64,000 nucleotides of DNA, from assembly GCA_965649765.1 (NCBI GenBank), contig OZ287749.1:58590001-58654000 (forward strand). Reading direction: 5' to 3'. The DNA is from Bispira polyomma (Eukaryota). The notes under the pieces were generated by a model, which was not told the DNA's origin, made no database searches, and worked only from the letters and a program-made list of their open reading frames with translations. The position numbers and the translations under genes were made by a program. Positions 1 through 11,200 of the stretch are shown piece by piece (position 1 is the stretch's first letter; the number at the start of each line of letters is the position of its first letter).

Positions 1-155
1 GAGATTGTTTTGTTTAAAAAAAACAATTTAGATGTTTCTTTGCAAAAATTCCAGTGATACCACCTACCTACTAACACTAACAAGAATATCCATTGCATCA
101 TTCACAAAGGACTAAGAGAATCCCAACTGCCATTAATAGGTGTGGCATAAAATAC

Positions 156-371
156 CTTGTTAACAAATTCTTTTCCATTATCAGTTATGATCTTCTTTGG
201 AGGGCCAAAAGTACACAGGAGGTCCTCAATTACCATGGATACCTCCTGAGCAGTTTTTGTCTTTACGGGCGTTGCCCAGACAAACTTGCTAAAAAGGTCT
301 GTTGCTGTGAAAATGTGTTTGTTGCCGTCTTCTGTTTCGGAGAGTGGCCCTGTGAGATCAATTCCAATGAT
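156..371 (-). CDS. Gypsy-integrase-like gene exon 4 (rve catalytic core with the first two catalytic Asp)
   Basis: ttgaag|IIGIDLTGPL...ATDLFSKFVWA...PKKIITDNGKEFVNK|gtattt, 216 nt. It joins exon 3 to give the canonical PWQ-IIGIDL motif. The gene continues beyond the window start. Confidence 0.92.
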
Positions 372-1159
372 CTTCAAGAAAAACCACAAATGATTTATGA
401 TTAGTACTTATAAATTATAAGATATTTTGCATAATGTGAATGGTTAAACGACTTAAACCTGGATTGTTGAAGGTCATTCAGATTAACTGTGAATGACTAA
501 CTCACATTGGATTGCTGGCCACTTACCTTGAACATTTATATCATGGTTAGTTCATAGCCCTCCTTATGATTCCAAATGTGACTTTTCGGTGTACAAATAA
601 CACCTGAATGTGCATGAAATCTCACTCAGTCCTACAAGTTTGGGATACGAAAAATATTCTTAGGAAATCATCATTGGAATTTTTTTTAAATGTCTACCAT
701 AAATTACTTTTAGACTTACAGTAACACTCTATGGATGATTCCATGGCTGACCTTTAAAGAGCTTCAAGGTCGAATTTCTGTCAATTTATAAAGGACATTT
801 ATATGTATTCAAAATATTATTCATAAGAACATCCAACTATCATATGGGAGAATAGGGCCAAAATGTGCGCAAAAAACCTACAAATGGCAAAATGGTTATC
901 ATTGACCTTGAAATAGAAGCTCAAGGTAAAAAATGCATAGGCTTCCTGTCCTTGCCCATCGGCGCAATGAGATTAAACTACTGTATCCCTGACTTTGTCC
1001 ATGGATAAAACTATGGATATTTTGTCCTGCTATACAAGTAGCATAACTGCTGGCTAATAAAACATACTAACTTATTATTAAATAAATATAGTGAAAATAT
1101 TGAAAGATCAATAAACCTTAATGTCAAAAATAAGTAAGAATAAATTTTGGACAGCAAAC

Positions 1160-1249
1160 CTGCCAGGGCTCCTCTGTGACAATTGGACGCAACTCCTTGC
1201 TAGCCGTTTTCAACTTCTCCAGCTTCTGACATCTGTCACAAAGTTTAAT
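1160..1249 (-). CDS. Gypsy-integrase-like gene exon 3 (CxxC of the zinc finger)
   Basis: Not in the ORF track. tttcag|IKLCDRCQKLEKLKTASKELRPIVTEEPWQ|gtttgc, 90 nt, phase 0/0. Confidence 0.9.
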
Positions 1250-1439
1250 CTGAAATGAATCTTTAAATGTTATAAAATACTATAAATACTACTTTAAAAT
1301 CATTTAGCATGTGATACCTCACTTTTTTTTGCAAGGAATCAAAAACATGTTGTAACATAAACACAAATCTATTTGCCTATTACTGCTATTAACTATTGCC
1401 AATGTGTCACACCCATAAATGGAAAAAAAAATTGATGCA

Positions 1440-1850
1440 GTTTACAGCCTGGGTTCTTCCAAATGTCAACCAATTGTTCACTCTCAGTTCCCTAAGGGAG
1501 AATACTAGCCATGCTGCCACATACGGCACACAAACTGACACCGACTATCAATTTTGAGCTTTAAAAATGCTTCTATTATTATTACATTAGCAGCCAGATA
1601 CCCATGTATAGACCTGGGTGAAGAGGGCCAACTTTGTGTGAAGTACCTTGTCCAATGGTACAATCTCCAGGGCCAATATTCATAAAGGGACTTAGCCAAG
1701 TCTTAGGCTTAAATCTAACACAAAAGTATACTGATTTAAACCTAAGACTTCACTAAGTCTCTTTGTGAATTCAGGCCCTGGCCTACAGCGAGGCTCTAAC
1801 CTAGACCCTCAAATCCAAAGTTAGACATTCTAAACGCTGGGCCACAGACA
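1440..1850 (-). mobile_element. tRNA-derived SINE interrupted by a MITE
   Basis: A/B-box-like head at 1850-1782. Body ttggacaaggtacttcacac...ctcttcacccagg...atgggtatc is typical of conserved-domain SINEs. Confidence 0.55.
1668..1780. mobile_element. Palindromic MITE (GG(G/C)CnnTATTCA-type TIR, CWG flanks; Harbinger-like)
   Basis: Near-perfect fold-back. Family copies at 21731-21845, 23400-23466, 40031-40144 and 40160-40225. Confidence 0.75.
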
Positions 1851-1991
1851 GCTCTGTCGATTGGCCACAGAAACTAAAAGTATATTGAATATAATAAGTA
1901 GGTAATTTGCCTGAAAAACCCATGGCTTCCTATACCTTCATTAACAGACTAACCCAAACATATATGCACTAACACAAGAAACTCAATTTAC

Positions 1992-2176
1992 CCAGTTTTT
2001 GACATCATTAACCATCATCCTCCAAAAGTAGGCACTTTCCAGACGTTGCAGCGTCTTAGTGATACCTGAATGGTTACTGGCATCATGACATTCACACAAT
2101 GCCTTTTCTATTTCTTCTACGGTGGTAAGAACCATCCTCGACCTCCCCTTCTTGTCTATATAAAACAGTCTGCTAC
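1992..2176 (-). CDS. Gypsy-integrase-like gene exon 2 (first half of the H2C2 zinc-binding domain)
   Basis: Acceptor tcag|GT in phase 1. Translates as GSRLFYIDKK...CHDASNHSGITKTLQRLESAYFWRMMVNDVKNW. Donor TGG|GTAAAT in phase 0. Confidence 0.9.
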
Positions 2177-3073
2177 CTGACAGTAAAAAGTTTGCTTTGC
2201 AAATCATTTTTTTTATTGAGAGGTAAAAAAACTAAAGATTATAAATCTTTAAAAATTTAAACTCAATTAAAGCAATTAAATAGGGAAAGAAGACACATTT
2301 ATGGCCTGATCCTACTAACAAAGAAACACTACATAATACATGACAGATTTGAAAAAAAGACGCATCTAAATTGTATTATATAACAGATTCATGAAAAGGT
2401 AACACTGCATACACTGACAGATTCCACAATGAATGGTCATGGAATATTAAAGAAACTTAACTTATTATACAGGCAAGGCTATGGGTAACAGACTACCAGT
2501 TGTAAAAGGTTTATAAATTATTATGGGCTGTACTTGTCAAGTACTTACACGGACAGACATTACAAGTTGTAAATAAAGTTCGGACTTCCTTCTGTCTACT
2601 ACCAATGATTTTTAGCTCTGGCTGTGATTTTATTTGCGTTATAATGAAAATAAACTCTAAAAAAAGTCTAGATATATTATATAAGGGTCTATTAGTATCA
2701 ACAAAGCCATGACCTTGAAGGGACAAAAAACAACAAAAAAAAAACATGAATAATGTCACCATCACCTTCAGTATAAACTAATTTCAGTAAGATATAGTCA
2801 CAAATACAGCCGTAATAAAGATTGAAATGTATGGAGAAAATTAACACCCCACCACCAGCTTCAGTGTATCAGAGAGTTAGATGAAATAAAATTTTCAAAA
2901 AAGACAACCTTAATTAAATTTGAAATAGTGTATAAAAGTCAAATCTTGAAAAACAAAAAAAAAATAAGGTCACCACCACCTTCGATTCAAACACAAAAGA
3001 CTGCAAAATGGCAGAAAATGAATCTGCTTTAAAGAGACTCCCTTTCATACAATTTTAAAAAGTGACAGAAATA

Positions 3074-3164
3074 GCATTTCCAGCAAGTATGCTCTACCGC
3101 TAAGCTACAGGAATAAAATGACATCCCGGTAGGAGTTGAACCCACGACCTCACTGCTGGAATGC
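3074..3164 (-). other. Circularly permuted tRNA-like sequence
   Basis: Minus strand order: AGGTC, T-arm (GTGGG-TTCAACT-CCTAC), acceptor 3' strand, 7-nt linker, acceptor 5' strand, TA, D-arm (GCTT-AGCGGTA-GAGC). It is closed by a terminal inverted repeat that extends the anticodon stem. Confidence 0.65.
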
Positions 3165-3351
3165 AAGCTCCAGAAATATATACCACAATTAAATTTACAC
3201 CAAAAGTAGTTTGAAAAGTTAATTACTTTTCAGGAATATGATTCACATAACAATCTAAAAGGGTAACAAAATGAAAAGTCAAAGTCTCCAACAGCATCTT
3301 CATCATATAAATAAAGTTACATCAAATAGTTATTCATAACAATATAATCTT

Positions 3352-3925
3352 AACTAGAACTAGTGCATCAGAGAAACGATGCATATTTGTATCCACCAGA
3401 AAGACAGAGCACCCTATGTATGAAGCACCTAAGCTATGGCTACCTTCATCTGAGCTTGAATGAGGGGTCCAAGGTCAAACCTGACCACATCAGAAGATTC
3501 CTAGCCCATGATTTCTTATAGGTAGACTTCACATGCCAAACCTCTAGGACCAATAATAAGGAAGATATAGGCACTTTTAAAGTTTGCTATGTGGGGTACT
3601 TTGACACTCTGTGGATGCTTGTAGAGGAAATATATATCTGTTATACATATCACCTATGAAGAGATTAAACCTTCTAGTTACGACAACCAGACAGTAGAAA
3701 AAGATGGATAATTTTCAATGAAATGCTCATAGCGGTTATCTTGTTCTTCAGAATGAGGTTTATTTTAGTGGCAGAGAAGCTTACCCCTCAATAAAGATAA
3801 CCTGCAAATTTGGTGAAGCTAGCTGGTCTAGTTTTCTGCTGAAAGTGTTAAGGGCGAAAAGCTCTTGGCGGCGGCAGCGTAGCAAACGCTAAACCAAAGT
3901 ATCCACCAGATCGGTGAATACAATT
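3352..3925 (-). mobile_element. Non-autonomous Helentron-type element (HINE/DINE-1-like)
   Basis: Subterminal repeat GTATCCACCAGA at 3389 and 3899, with an inverted partner GGTGAATAC at 3913. Short (GCC)n microsatellite near the 5' end. 3' hairpin TGCATC-N8-GATGCA followed by CTAGTT on the minus strand. Inserted in AT-rich sequence. Confidence 0.7.
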
Positions 3926-4886
3926 AATATTAAAATAATTGATGAAAGTAAAAGCTTGCAAATGAAAAATAATGTCACCACCAGCATAATTACATAATAA
4001 AGTTAACTAAAATACAAAAGCAGAAATAAATCTAAAATTAAGGTTGAAATAAATGATGAAAGTCAAAGCTTGCAAATTAAAATAATGTCAGCACCACCTT
4101 CATTATACAATAAAGTTAACTAACTAATATTAGCAGAAATAAATCTACGATTAAGATTGTTAAAATGTTACAAAATTCTTTAAATAACAAGACCACCCCT
4201 TATTATCTCCCACCCAAAAAAAATGTAAAACAAGCTTAGAATACAGTTCAATACACATGTTAGATTGAATGTCTACTCAAATTACTTCTTCATAACACAC
4301 TGTAGCTAAAACAAATGTAGAAATAAAGTCCTCAAGCTTGTACTTTGTTGGTGCTTAGACTTAAGGACCACCAGACGCTAGAATAGCAAGCTTGTAAGCT
4401 CAAGCTGACAAAAGCTTAACTAGTTTAAATTTTATGAATCCCATTTTTGTCATAAAATGCCAAGATATATAAAACTTTTTTGGTAAGGCACTTGTAGCTC
4501 TGTAACAGGGATGAAATCATGACATCAGTCAGCCACTGCGCATGACCTCAGGATTTAGTAAGACCTATAAATGAAAACAAAGTCTACATATTAAATGTAT
4601 ATTATATATATTTATACAGAATCGTGATAGCCATATTAAATAATTCATGTGTTATAGTAAAGCTACACATGTCATTACAAGGGTGTGCAGATCCTTACCT
4701 ACCAAGAAATAGTATGCCTTGTTTACATTTCAAAATGTCACTGCAAAGTGTGCTAAGAAGCATGTCATCTAGTATTTTATGATGTAATTATAGTTAAGTA
4801 TTAAAGAGGCGTTATATTGTAACAATCGATAATCACTAAAAAGTGGCCGAAGTAACATCCACTGATGTATAAGGAATGAGGGGATG

Positions 4887-5129
4887 TATCCTCGCACCTC
4901 CAATTATCGATCACGTAAGCGGAATAATATATAAAATGTATTTTAACAAGTTAATATCTTTTTTTACCTCCCATTTTCTTAATTTTTGTTGGAGATTACT
5001 GAAGTTTTGTTTTTATTTCGAACTGCCAAATGATCAACGCTAAATTGCGGTCACATGACCTAGTATAAAACGGTTATTTTGTTGCTGATCAATAATAGAA
5101 AGTGATCGATAACAGGAAGTGTGACTATA
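4887..5129. mobile_element. ~243-bp MITE, copy 1
   Basis: Imperfect ~28-bp TIRs (tatcctcgcacctccaattatcgatcac / gtgatcgataacaggaagtgtgactata). Near-identical copy at 11895-12138. Confidence 0.8.
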
Positions 5130-5304
5130 TTTATTTTTACCAGATTCTATCTCTATATATGCCGATTTTGATTTACAACGTTTTGCTTATGGAGGCCGTC
5201 AGTATATCAAAGCATCAGCGAGGGCTGAATACTCGGTCTGTCCCTTTTCGTGATTCCATCGGCAAAATGTCAGCAAGGAATCACGCTAAATAGGGACAGA
5301 ATAT

Positions 5305-8300
5305 CTAATCTAATCTAACTTTTATAGCACTTAATCTTTGTACAACAAATTCTAAGGCGCAACAAACCCAAAACGTTAATCGAAAATCAAAAATAGTGGG
5401 CGGATGGAAGTCGTAACCAGGGAGACTACCGTAAATGGTTGCGACGGCTAAGGTGGAAAAGCCTGTTCAAAAAGATGGGCCTTCAGCTTACTCCTGAAAG
5501 AGGAGAAAGTTTGAGCCAGGCGAACATGATCAGGTAGGCTGTTCCAAATGAGGGGGCCGTCATGAGCTAGGCAGTGATTGAACTGAACTTTGGATTTGTG
5601 GATGCGAGGGTCGAAAGTGGGAATGTTAAGGTATAATTTATCAGGGTTACTGCGCCTTGTCCTGACTGAGCATGTATATTTGGATAGATGGGGGCTAAAA
5701 TAAGTGGGTAATCCAGAATTTAGAAATTTATATATTATTGTTGCTGTTTTGAAAGCAACACAATATTTAATTGGAAGCCAGTGCAGTGACTTTAGTACAG
5801 GAGTAATGTGGGAAAATTTAGAAGTTTTGGTCACAATACGTACAAACGAGTGTTGGATATTCTGAAGGCGTCTGAGATCACTACGAGATAACGAATGAAA
5901 CAAAGAGTTGCAGTAATCAAGCCTGCTGCTGACCAAAGCATTGGCAACAGTGATTGCAGTGGATTTGGAAAGATAGCGTCGAATCCGCCTGAAATCAGTG
6001 AGGCCAACAAAACATGATCTACACACCGCTGTGACATGGTTAGAGAAGGAGAATTCAGAGTCGAACACCCCACCCAGGTTTCGTACTTTGTCAGCTGGAG
6101 AAAACCTGCTGCCAAGAATGTCAAGTGGAAAACAACAGGACAATTTTTCCCGTTGCGACTTGGAGCGAAACAAAATAAACTCAATTTTCTCAGGGTTCAG
6201 CTTGAGTTTATTTGCTGCCATCCAGTGTTGTACATCAACAAGGCAGTTCTGTAAGGAAGTGAAAGCTGCCTTGGCAGAGTCAGGTGTAAGGTGGATATAC
6301 AGTTGGGTATCATCAGCATAGAAGTGAAAGTTTATGTTTTTGTATGCAGCAATAATCTTGCTGAGTGAAGTGATGTACATGGAAAACAAAATGGGACCCA
6401 GGACGGAACCTTGGGGAACACCAAATTTTAACCATGTTGGGTCGGATAAGATATTGCCAATTTTGACTGATTGGAATCTATCAGACAAATATGCAGTGAA
6501 CCACTTAAGCGCCATACCGCTGATACTGAACCAAGACGATAGGCACTCAAGAAGAACTTTGTGATTAATAGTATCAAAGGCTGCTGACAGATCCCGCAGT
6601 ACTAAGGCAGTAGGCATACCTTTGGATAAAGCTGTATGAACATCATTTTTGATGCAGAGAAGTGCAGTCTCAGTAGAATGACCACTTTTGTACGCTGACT
6701 GATACTTGTTGGACAGATTGCTGATGTCAACATGTTGTTTGATCTGTAAGGCAACCGCGCGTTCTACCAACTTAGAGATATAGCAAAGGCCTGAGACAGG
6801 ATGGTAATTTTTCAAGTCAGCCTTTGGTAGAGAAGGTTTTTTTATTAAAGGAGTGACAATGGCCTTTTTAAAATCATCTGGAAAGACGCCATTTACCAAC
6901 GAGAGGTTGATAAGTTTTGTGATTGAGGGCAATAAAATGTCAATACATTCCTTAACAAGGAATGTGGGCCACGGATCTAGCAAGCAAGATTTTACGGGTG
7001 ATGCCAGTATAGTTTTCCTGACTTCATCAACAGTTACTGTGGAGAAACAGTTGAAGACGGTTGGTGGAGCTGTTGGTAAAGGGGCATTTGGGGCGGCTAA
7101 TGTAAAACCGTCACAGATTCTGGTAATTTTATCAGTGAAAAAAGTACTAAAAATGTTTGCCAGTGATTTGGTATTGCAATTTTCGGGTGGTATAGTCTGT
7201 TTTTTACGGTGGAGGGTGCTATTTAGCTTTTGCCAAAGTTTCTTCGGGTCACCCTCGCTTTATGATATCATGTTGGCATAGTAGGCACGTTTTGAGTCAT
7301 TTATAGTGTTGTTGCACCGGGTGATCCATTGGCGTAGTCTAGATCTATTTGCAGTAGGTTTGTTTCGGCGCCATGTTCGTTCGGCTTGTCTGCGCAGCAT
7401 CTTCATTTCACGATAATTACTGGTGATCCACTCAGGTGTCAGCTTCTTCAATGTCTTTGATTTACATGGCGCATGGCGTTCTATAAGAGACTGCAGGTCA
7501 GCACAGTACTGTGTGTATAGGTCAGTGGCATTATCAGCAGGAGACTTGACGAAGGCCGTATCTGCCAACTCTCGTCTAAGGTCAGACATATTGATTTTTT
7601 GAAATTGCCGAAAAGTGATTTGTGTGACATCAAAATATGGTGGGGAGGGAGCATCAATTTCACAGGATATTGAAAAATGATCACTGATGCAACCAATGTT
7701 TTTTATGTTTCTGATACTATTGAAATCAGTCGGAGTTAGCAAGCAGTCTAGTGTATGCCCAGGAATATGGGTAGGGAAATTTATGTGTTGGATGAGATTG
7801 CAAGATTCCAGAACTGTGGAAAACCGATTACTAATTCCAGATGCGGTGTCTATGTGAATATTAAAATCCCCACAGAATACAGTAGGGAGGGTAACGAGCA
7901 AGTAAACCCAACAAAAGACATGAATTCTTCGAAAAATGTAGTGAGATTTGAGCCAGGAGGCCGATAAACTGTTGCAAAATTTAAACAGTGGTTTTTCCAG
8001 TGAGCAGAGACAATGATGAGTTCGAAAGATGTAAAAACTTGGTGGAGCAACTAATCGACATTCATAGTTTTTCTTAATAAAAATCAACCCCCCCCCACCC
8101 TGTTTACCTACACGAGGGGTATGGAATAGCTGAAAGTCAACTGGAGTAAGTTCAGAGAGGAATGATGGAGTATCAGAACTCCTAATGTGTGTTTCTGTGA
8201 TGCCAAAAATATCTATGGAGGATGAGTCGATCACATCGGCTATGACAGGGCCTTTATTCCGCAATGAGCGGGCATTTCCAAATCCGAACTGGATTGGGCC

Positions 8301-8349
8301 AGGGTTGCTAGCGATATCACCTGCCAGTAGGATTGTAATAAGTTTGAAT
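5305..8349 (-). mobile_element. L2/CR1-group non-LTR retrotransposon (family A): APE + RT ORF, 5'-truncated and disrupted
   Basis: APE motifs GNARSLRNK, GITETH, GDFNIH, HTLD and SDHF. RT motifs DLSAAFDT, GVPQGSVLGP and YADDTQLY; C-terminal HITPVLKSLHWLP. (TTAGA)n tail. Candidate 6-bp TSD GAATAT at 5299-5304 and 8350-8355. Premature TAA at 7260-7262 where copy 2 has CAA, and frameshifts near 7900-8050. Confidence 0.93.
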
Positions 8350-8376
8350 GAATATTCGATCTATTATTCATCATAC

Positions 8377-8511
8377 CCTTCTCCACATAATTTTTAGATG
8401 CCTTTTTGATCGTATCTCGTTGACTCAGAGGCAGTTCTTCTGGAAATGTCTTAGAAAGCAAGTACTTCCGTACACAAGCAAAATAAAAAGCACTTTCTAG
8501 TTTTTTCAACA
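8377..8511 (-). CDS. Gypsy-integrase-like (Ginger1/GIN-type) gene, coding exon 1
   Basis: Translates as MLKKLESAFYFACVRKYLLSKTFPEELPLSQRDTIKKASKNYVEK-G and ends at donor G|GTATGA in phase 1. It resembles the YL...P......R..I...A..Y N-terminus of GIN/Ginger integrases, and the phase matches the exon at 2176. Confidence 0.75.
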
Positions 8512-10679
8512 TCTTTGTCAGTGTGGTAGATCTCTCAAAATAACCGCCCAAACTTGGGTCTATTTTATACGATTAAATGTGAACAAATGTATCATATAAT
8601 GACAGTTCATTGATATAATTACCAAAATCCGAATGCGTAATATACCAAATTATCACATATCTGTACATATATAACCAATTCATCGTTCTAGCTTGAAAAT
8701 CAATTTATTAAATTAGCAGAATAAAATATTATCAATGATTAATCAATCGGGTTCACTTTTACAATTCGGCTGTTTTGACCAAAAAATATCCCCAGACAAT
8801 ATAAGTATTAGACATATTGGTGACATGCGCAAGAATCCCTTTTCAGTAAGAAACCATTCACGTGACAACGGCGAGCTAGTTCGGGGGACTTTTTAAAAAT
8901 ATCAAACATGTTTGATATTTTTTTCGACCTCTATGTTTGCCCCGTTTTCGCCCCGGACGTAGATGAACATGCCCTGGTCCTCAAAATCGGGGCAGTCGGG
9001 GACCAAAAAACCATAGTGGAACACCCACGTTAGATAGGACTCAATGACATAGGACCGCCATTATAAGTGCCCATTCAAGCCACTATATCTGTCCGTACTT
9101 GGGTACCCAGACTGGGATAAAACCTGGGTTCCTGAATGAATGTTTTGCCGACAAAGCACACTGGTACAATAGTTTTGTCATTGTAGATATCATATTGATT
9201 AAACGTTTGGGCCATTGTTACTAAAACTAGTACATACTGGGGGTCTTAATATAAAATAGTGACCTTGTGGTTAAATCCATTTACTAAACTAATCACTTGA
9301 TTGTGATTGCAGTACAAATCCTACTGACCAGTGATATTTTACATAGGAAAGTATGGCATCTACTTGCTGTAGGTCGAGTGGTTTATAATAAAAAATATAT
9401 TAGAGTCAAGTATATTTTTATAGCATCAAGAAATATTGCATAGCGACATACTACTGTTACTACCTAATATACCACAGGTTTCAAAATTTCTCAATTGAAT
9501 ACTCAAGGGCTGCCTCAAATCAATAATAAATTAACTAAAGTTTTTGTACCATATAATCCCTGAGCACAGACATATTCTTACATGTTGCATGACTGTTTGG
9601 GAGCTCTACCAGTCATAAACCTCTAGTATAAACTGTGGCGTTAAAATAAAAAAAATTTAAACATTAAATAAAAGCTTAAAAAATCATATATAATGTACTC
9701 ATGTACTTCGCTTTCTTAATTCAGGCCACTTCCGTTATTAATACATTTTCAATTTGAGAGTAAACATTTTAAGTTGACCGTACAACTTGGGCTTAAGATA
9801 ACAATCAATCTATCAGTTAAAGTGATCTTAAATTAAAATTAAACTCCAGTTTGAGTCAAAACATTGTAGATTGATGGTGATCTTAAATTAGTTTTTGTCT
9901 TCGGTTTAATTCAGAATCTAGTGACATTTAACTCAGCTTAAGGCTCACCTTAAATTTATGATATATTTTTTGATATACAATGCTCATATATGTTGCTAAG
10001 GTGTGTTTTAACATATTTTATAATTAATATTATATTATTAATATTATACAGATGTGAAAATATATTTATTAGTCTTAGATGCATAACTTTTTAAATAAAT
10101 GTATATCGCACATTCTTTGATTTTTTCCTGTGTCCTTGGGTTGCGATCTTGTTTAACCCTGAAACTGTGATTGCTGTTACTCATGGTGCTTGAGTTCCAT
10201 GTCTACTATAATTATTTATTTTAGTTTAAGCTCTTTCTTGTTGTATCATTCAAATTCCTACTTGTTGTGGAGTCTGTGAATGGTGTTTGCTAAGTCTATT
10301 CATTTTATATTAGCTACCCTCTTCACCCCCCTCTTCCTAGACTTGCTTACAAGTCTTTACTGTTGGTGAAGCACTGTATGACTGCATTTTAAACAGTTCC
10401 TATTCCATTCAAAAGGTGTCAGCACTAGTGTTTTTATAACTGTCAGTTTCTTTATTTTATCCCATACAGGGATATAGAGTAAAAGTCATAATGCTCTCAT
10501 TGAAGGACCTTGCACAAGGTCAACCCTTGTCATCTATTTCCGAATGCAAAGGTCTCCTACTGTACATAAATTTAGTATTATTTATTAGTAATGACAAATA
10601 TATACAACAAATGCGATTTATTGCCCATAAAATTACATAGCTCTCATCAAAATCAAACTGTTCATATTAATATATTTTC

Positions 10680-11200
10680 CAGCTTTCCAAGCTACTGCAC
10701 CATTTGGTGAGGTATAATATTGTTTGAAGAACTGTCTCTGATGCTTTCCCACTCTGGTTGCTGAATTTCCCTTGGTACATGCTTTAGGTCAGCAAGTAAA
10801 GCCCTCCATTCCGTGCCAATAACATTAGTCTTTGGGCAGCGTCCACATCACTCCTCTTCCGCATGAGGTTATGTGAAGCAACACAGGCAAGCACAATAAA
10901 GGTGAAACTTTCTGAGCTTGTTGCATGGTGGACACTCTGTAGTTGAACATAAGTTCTTCATCAGAGAGAATTCAGCCAGAGAAATGCTAAGAAACAAAAT
11001 GTGATGGCTATAGCTTCATTTAAACCAGAAGCTAAAAACTGCCTGAAGCTAGAAACATCTTTTAAACGCAATTCATGCATTAATTTCTCATATTGTCCCA
11101 ATCGTGGCCTCCTCTGCAGCCGATGCCTAACCAAACACGTTCTTCTTCTATGTCTCGTCTCCTGTTGTGCTTTTTGCCGAAATAGTAAAGTACAGCTAAA
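10680..11200 (-). pseudogene. PIF/Harbinger transposase relic with internal deletions
   Basis: Minus-strand pieces in order: RRRTCLVRHRLQRRPRLGQYEKLMHELRLKDVSSFRQF (N-terminus), LSDEELMFNYRVS, IVLACVASHNLMR and RQFFKQYYTSPNGAVAW (C-terminus). These match conserved DDE_Tnp_4 blocks. Confidence 0.8.

Larger units (their letters stand above)
2745..4170. repeat. Diverged ~110-bp satellite (aatgtcaccaccagc/ttc...taaagttaact), interrupted by the tRNA-like and HINE inserts
   Basis: Units are visible at ~2752, 2845, 2966, 3971 and 4084. Confidence 0.55.

Noticed and set aside
102-2207. Gypsy LTR retrotransposon interpretation
   Set aside because: There is no RT, RNase H, gag or LTR, and the integrase is split by canonical spliceosomal introns.
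5831-7967. Several antisense or alternative-frame ORFs over the LINE (also at 48993-50440)
   Set aside because: They are shadows of the RT/APE ORF and recur only because the LINE is duplicated.
8240-8551. 103-aa ORF as a fusion of integrase exon 1 with the LINE
   Set aside because: The read-through frame differs from the 2A-APE frame and stops at 8240. Only 8377-8511 is supported as an exon.
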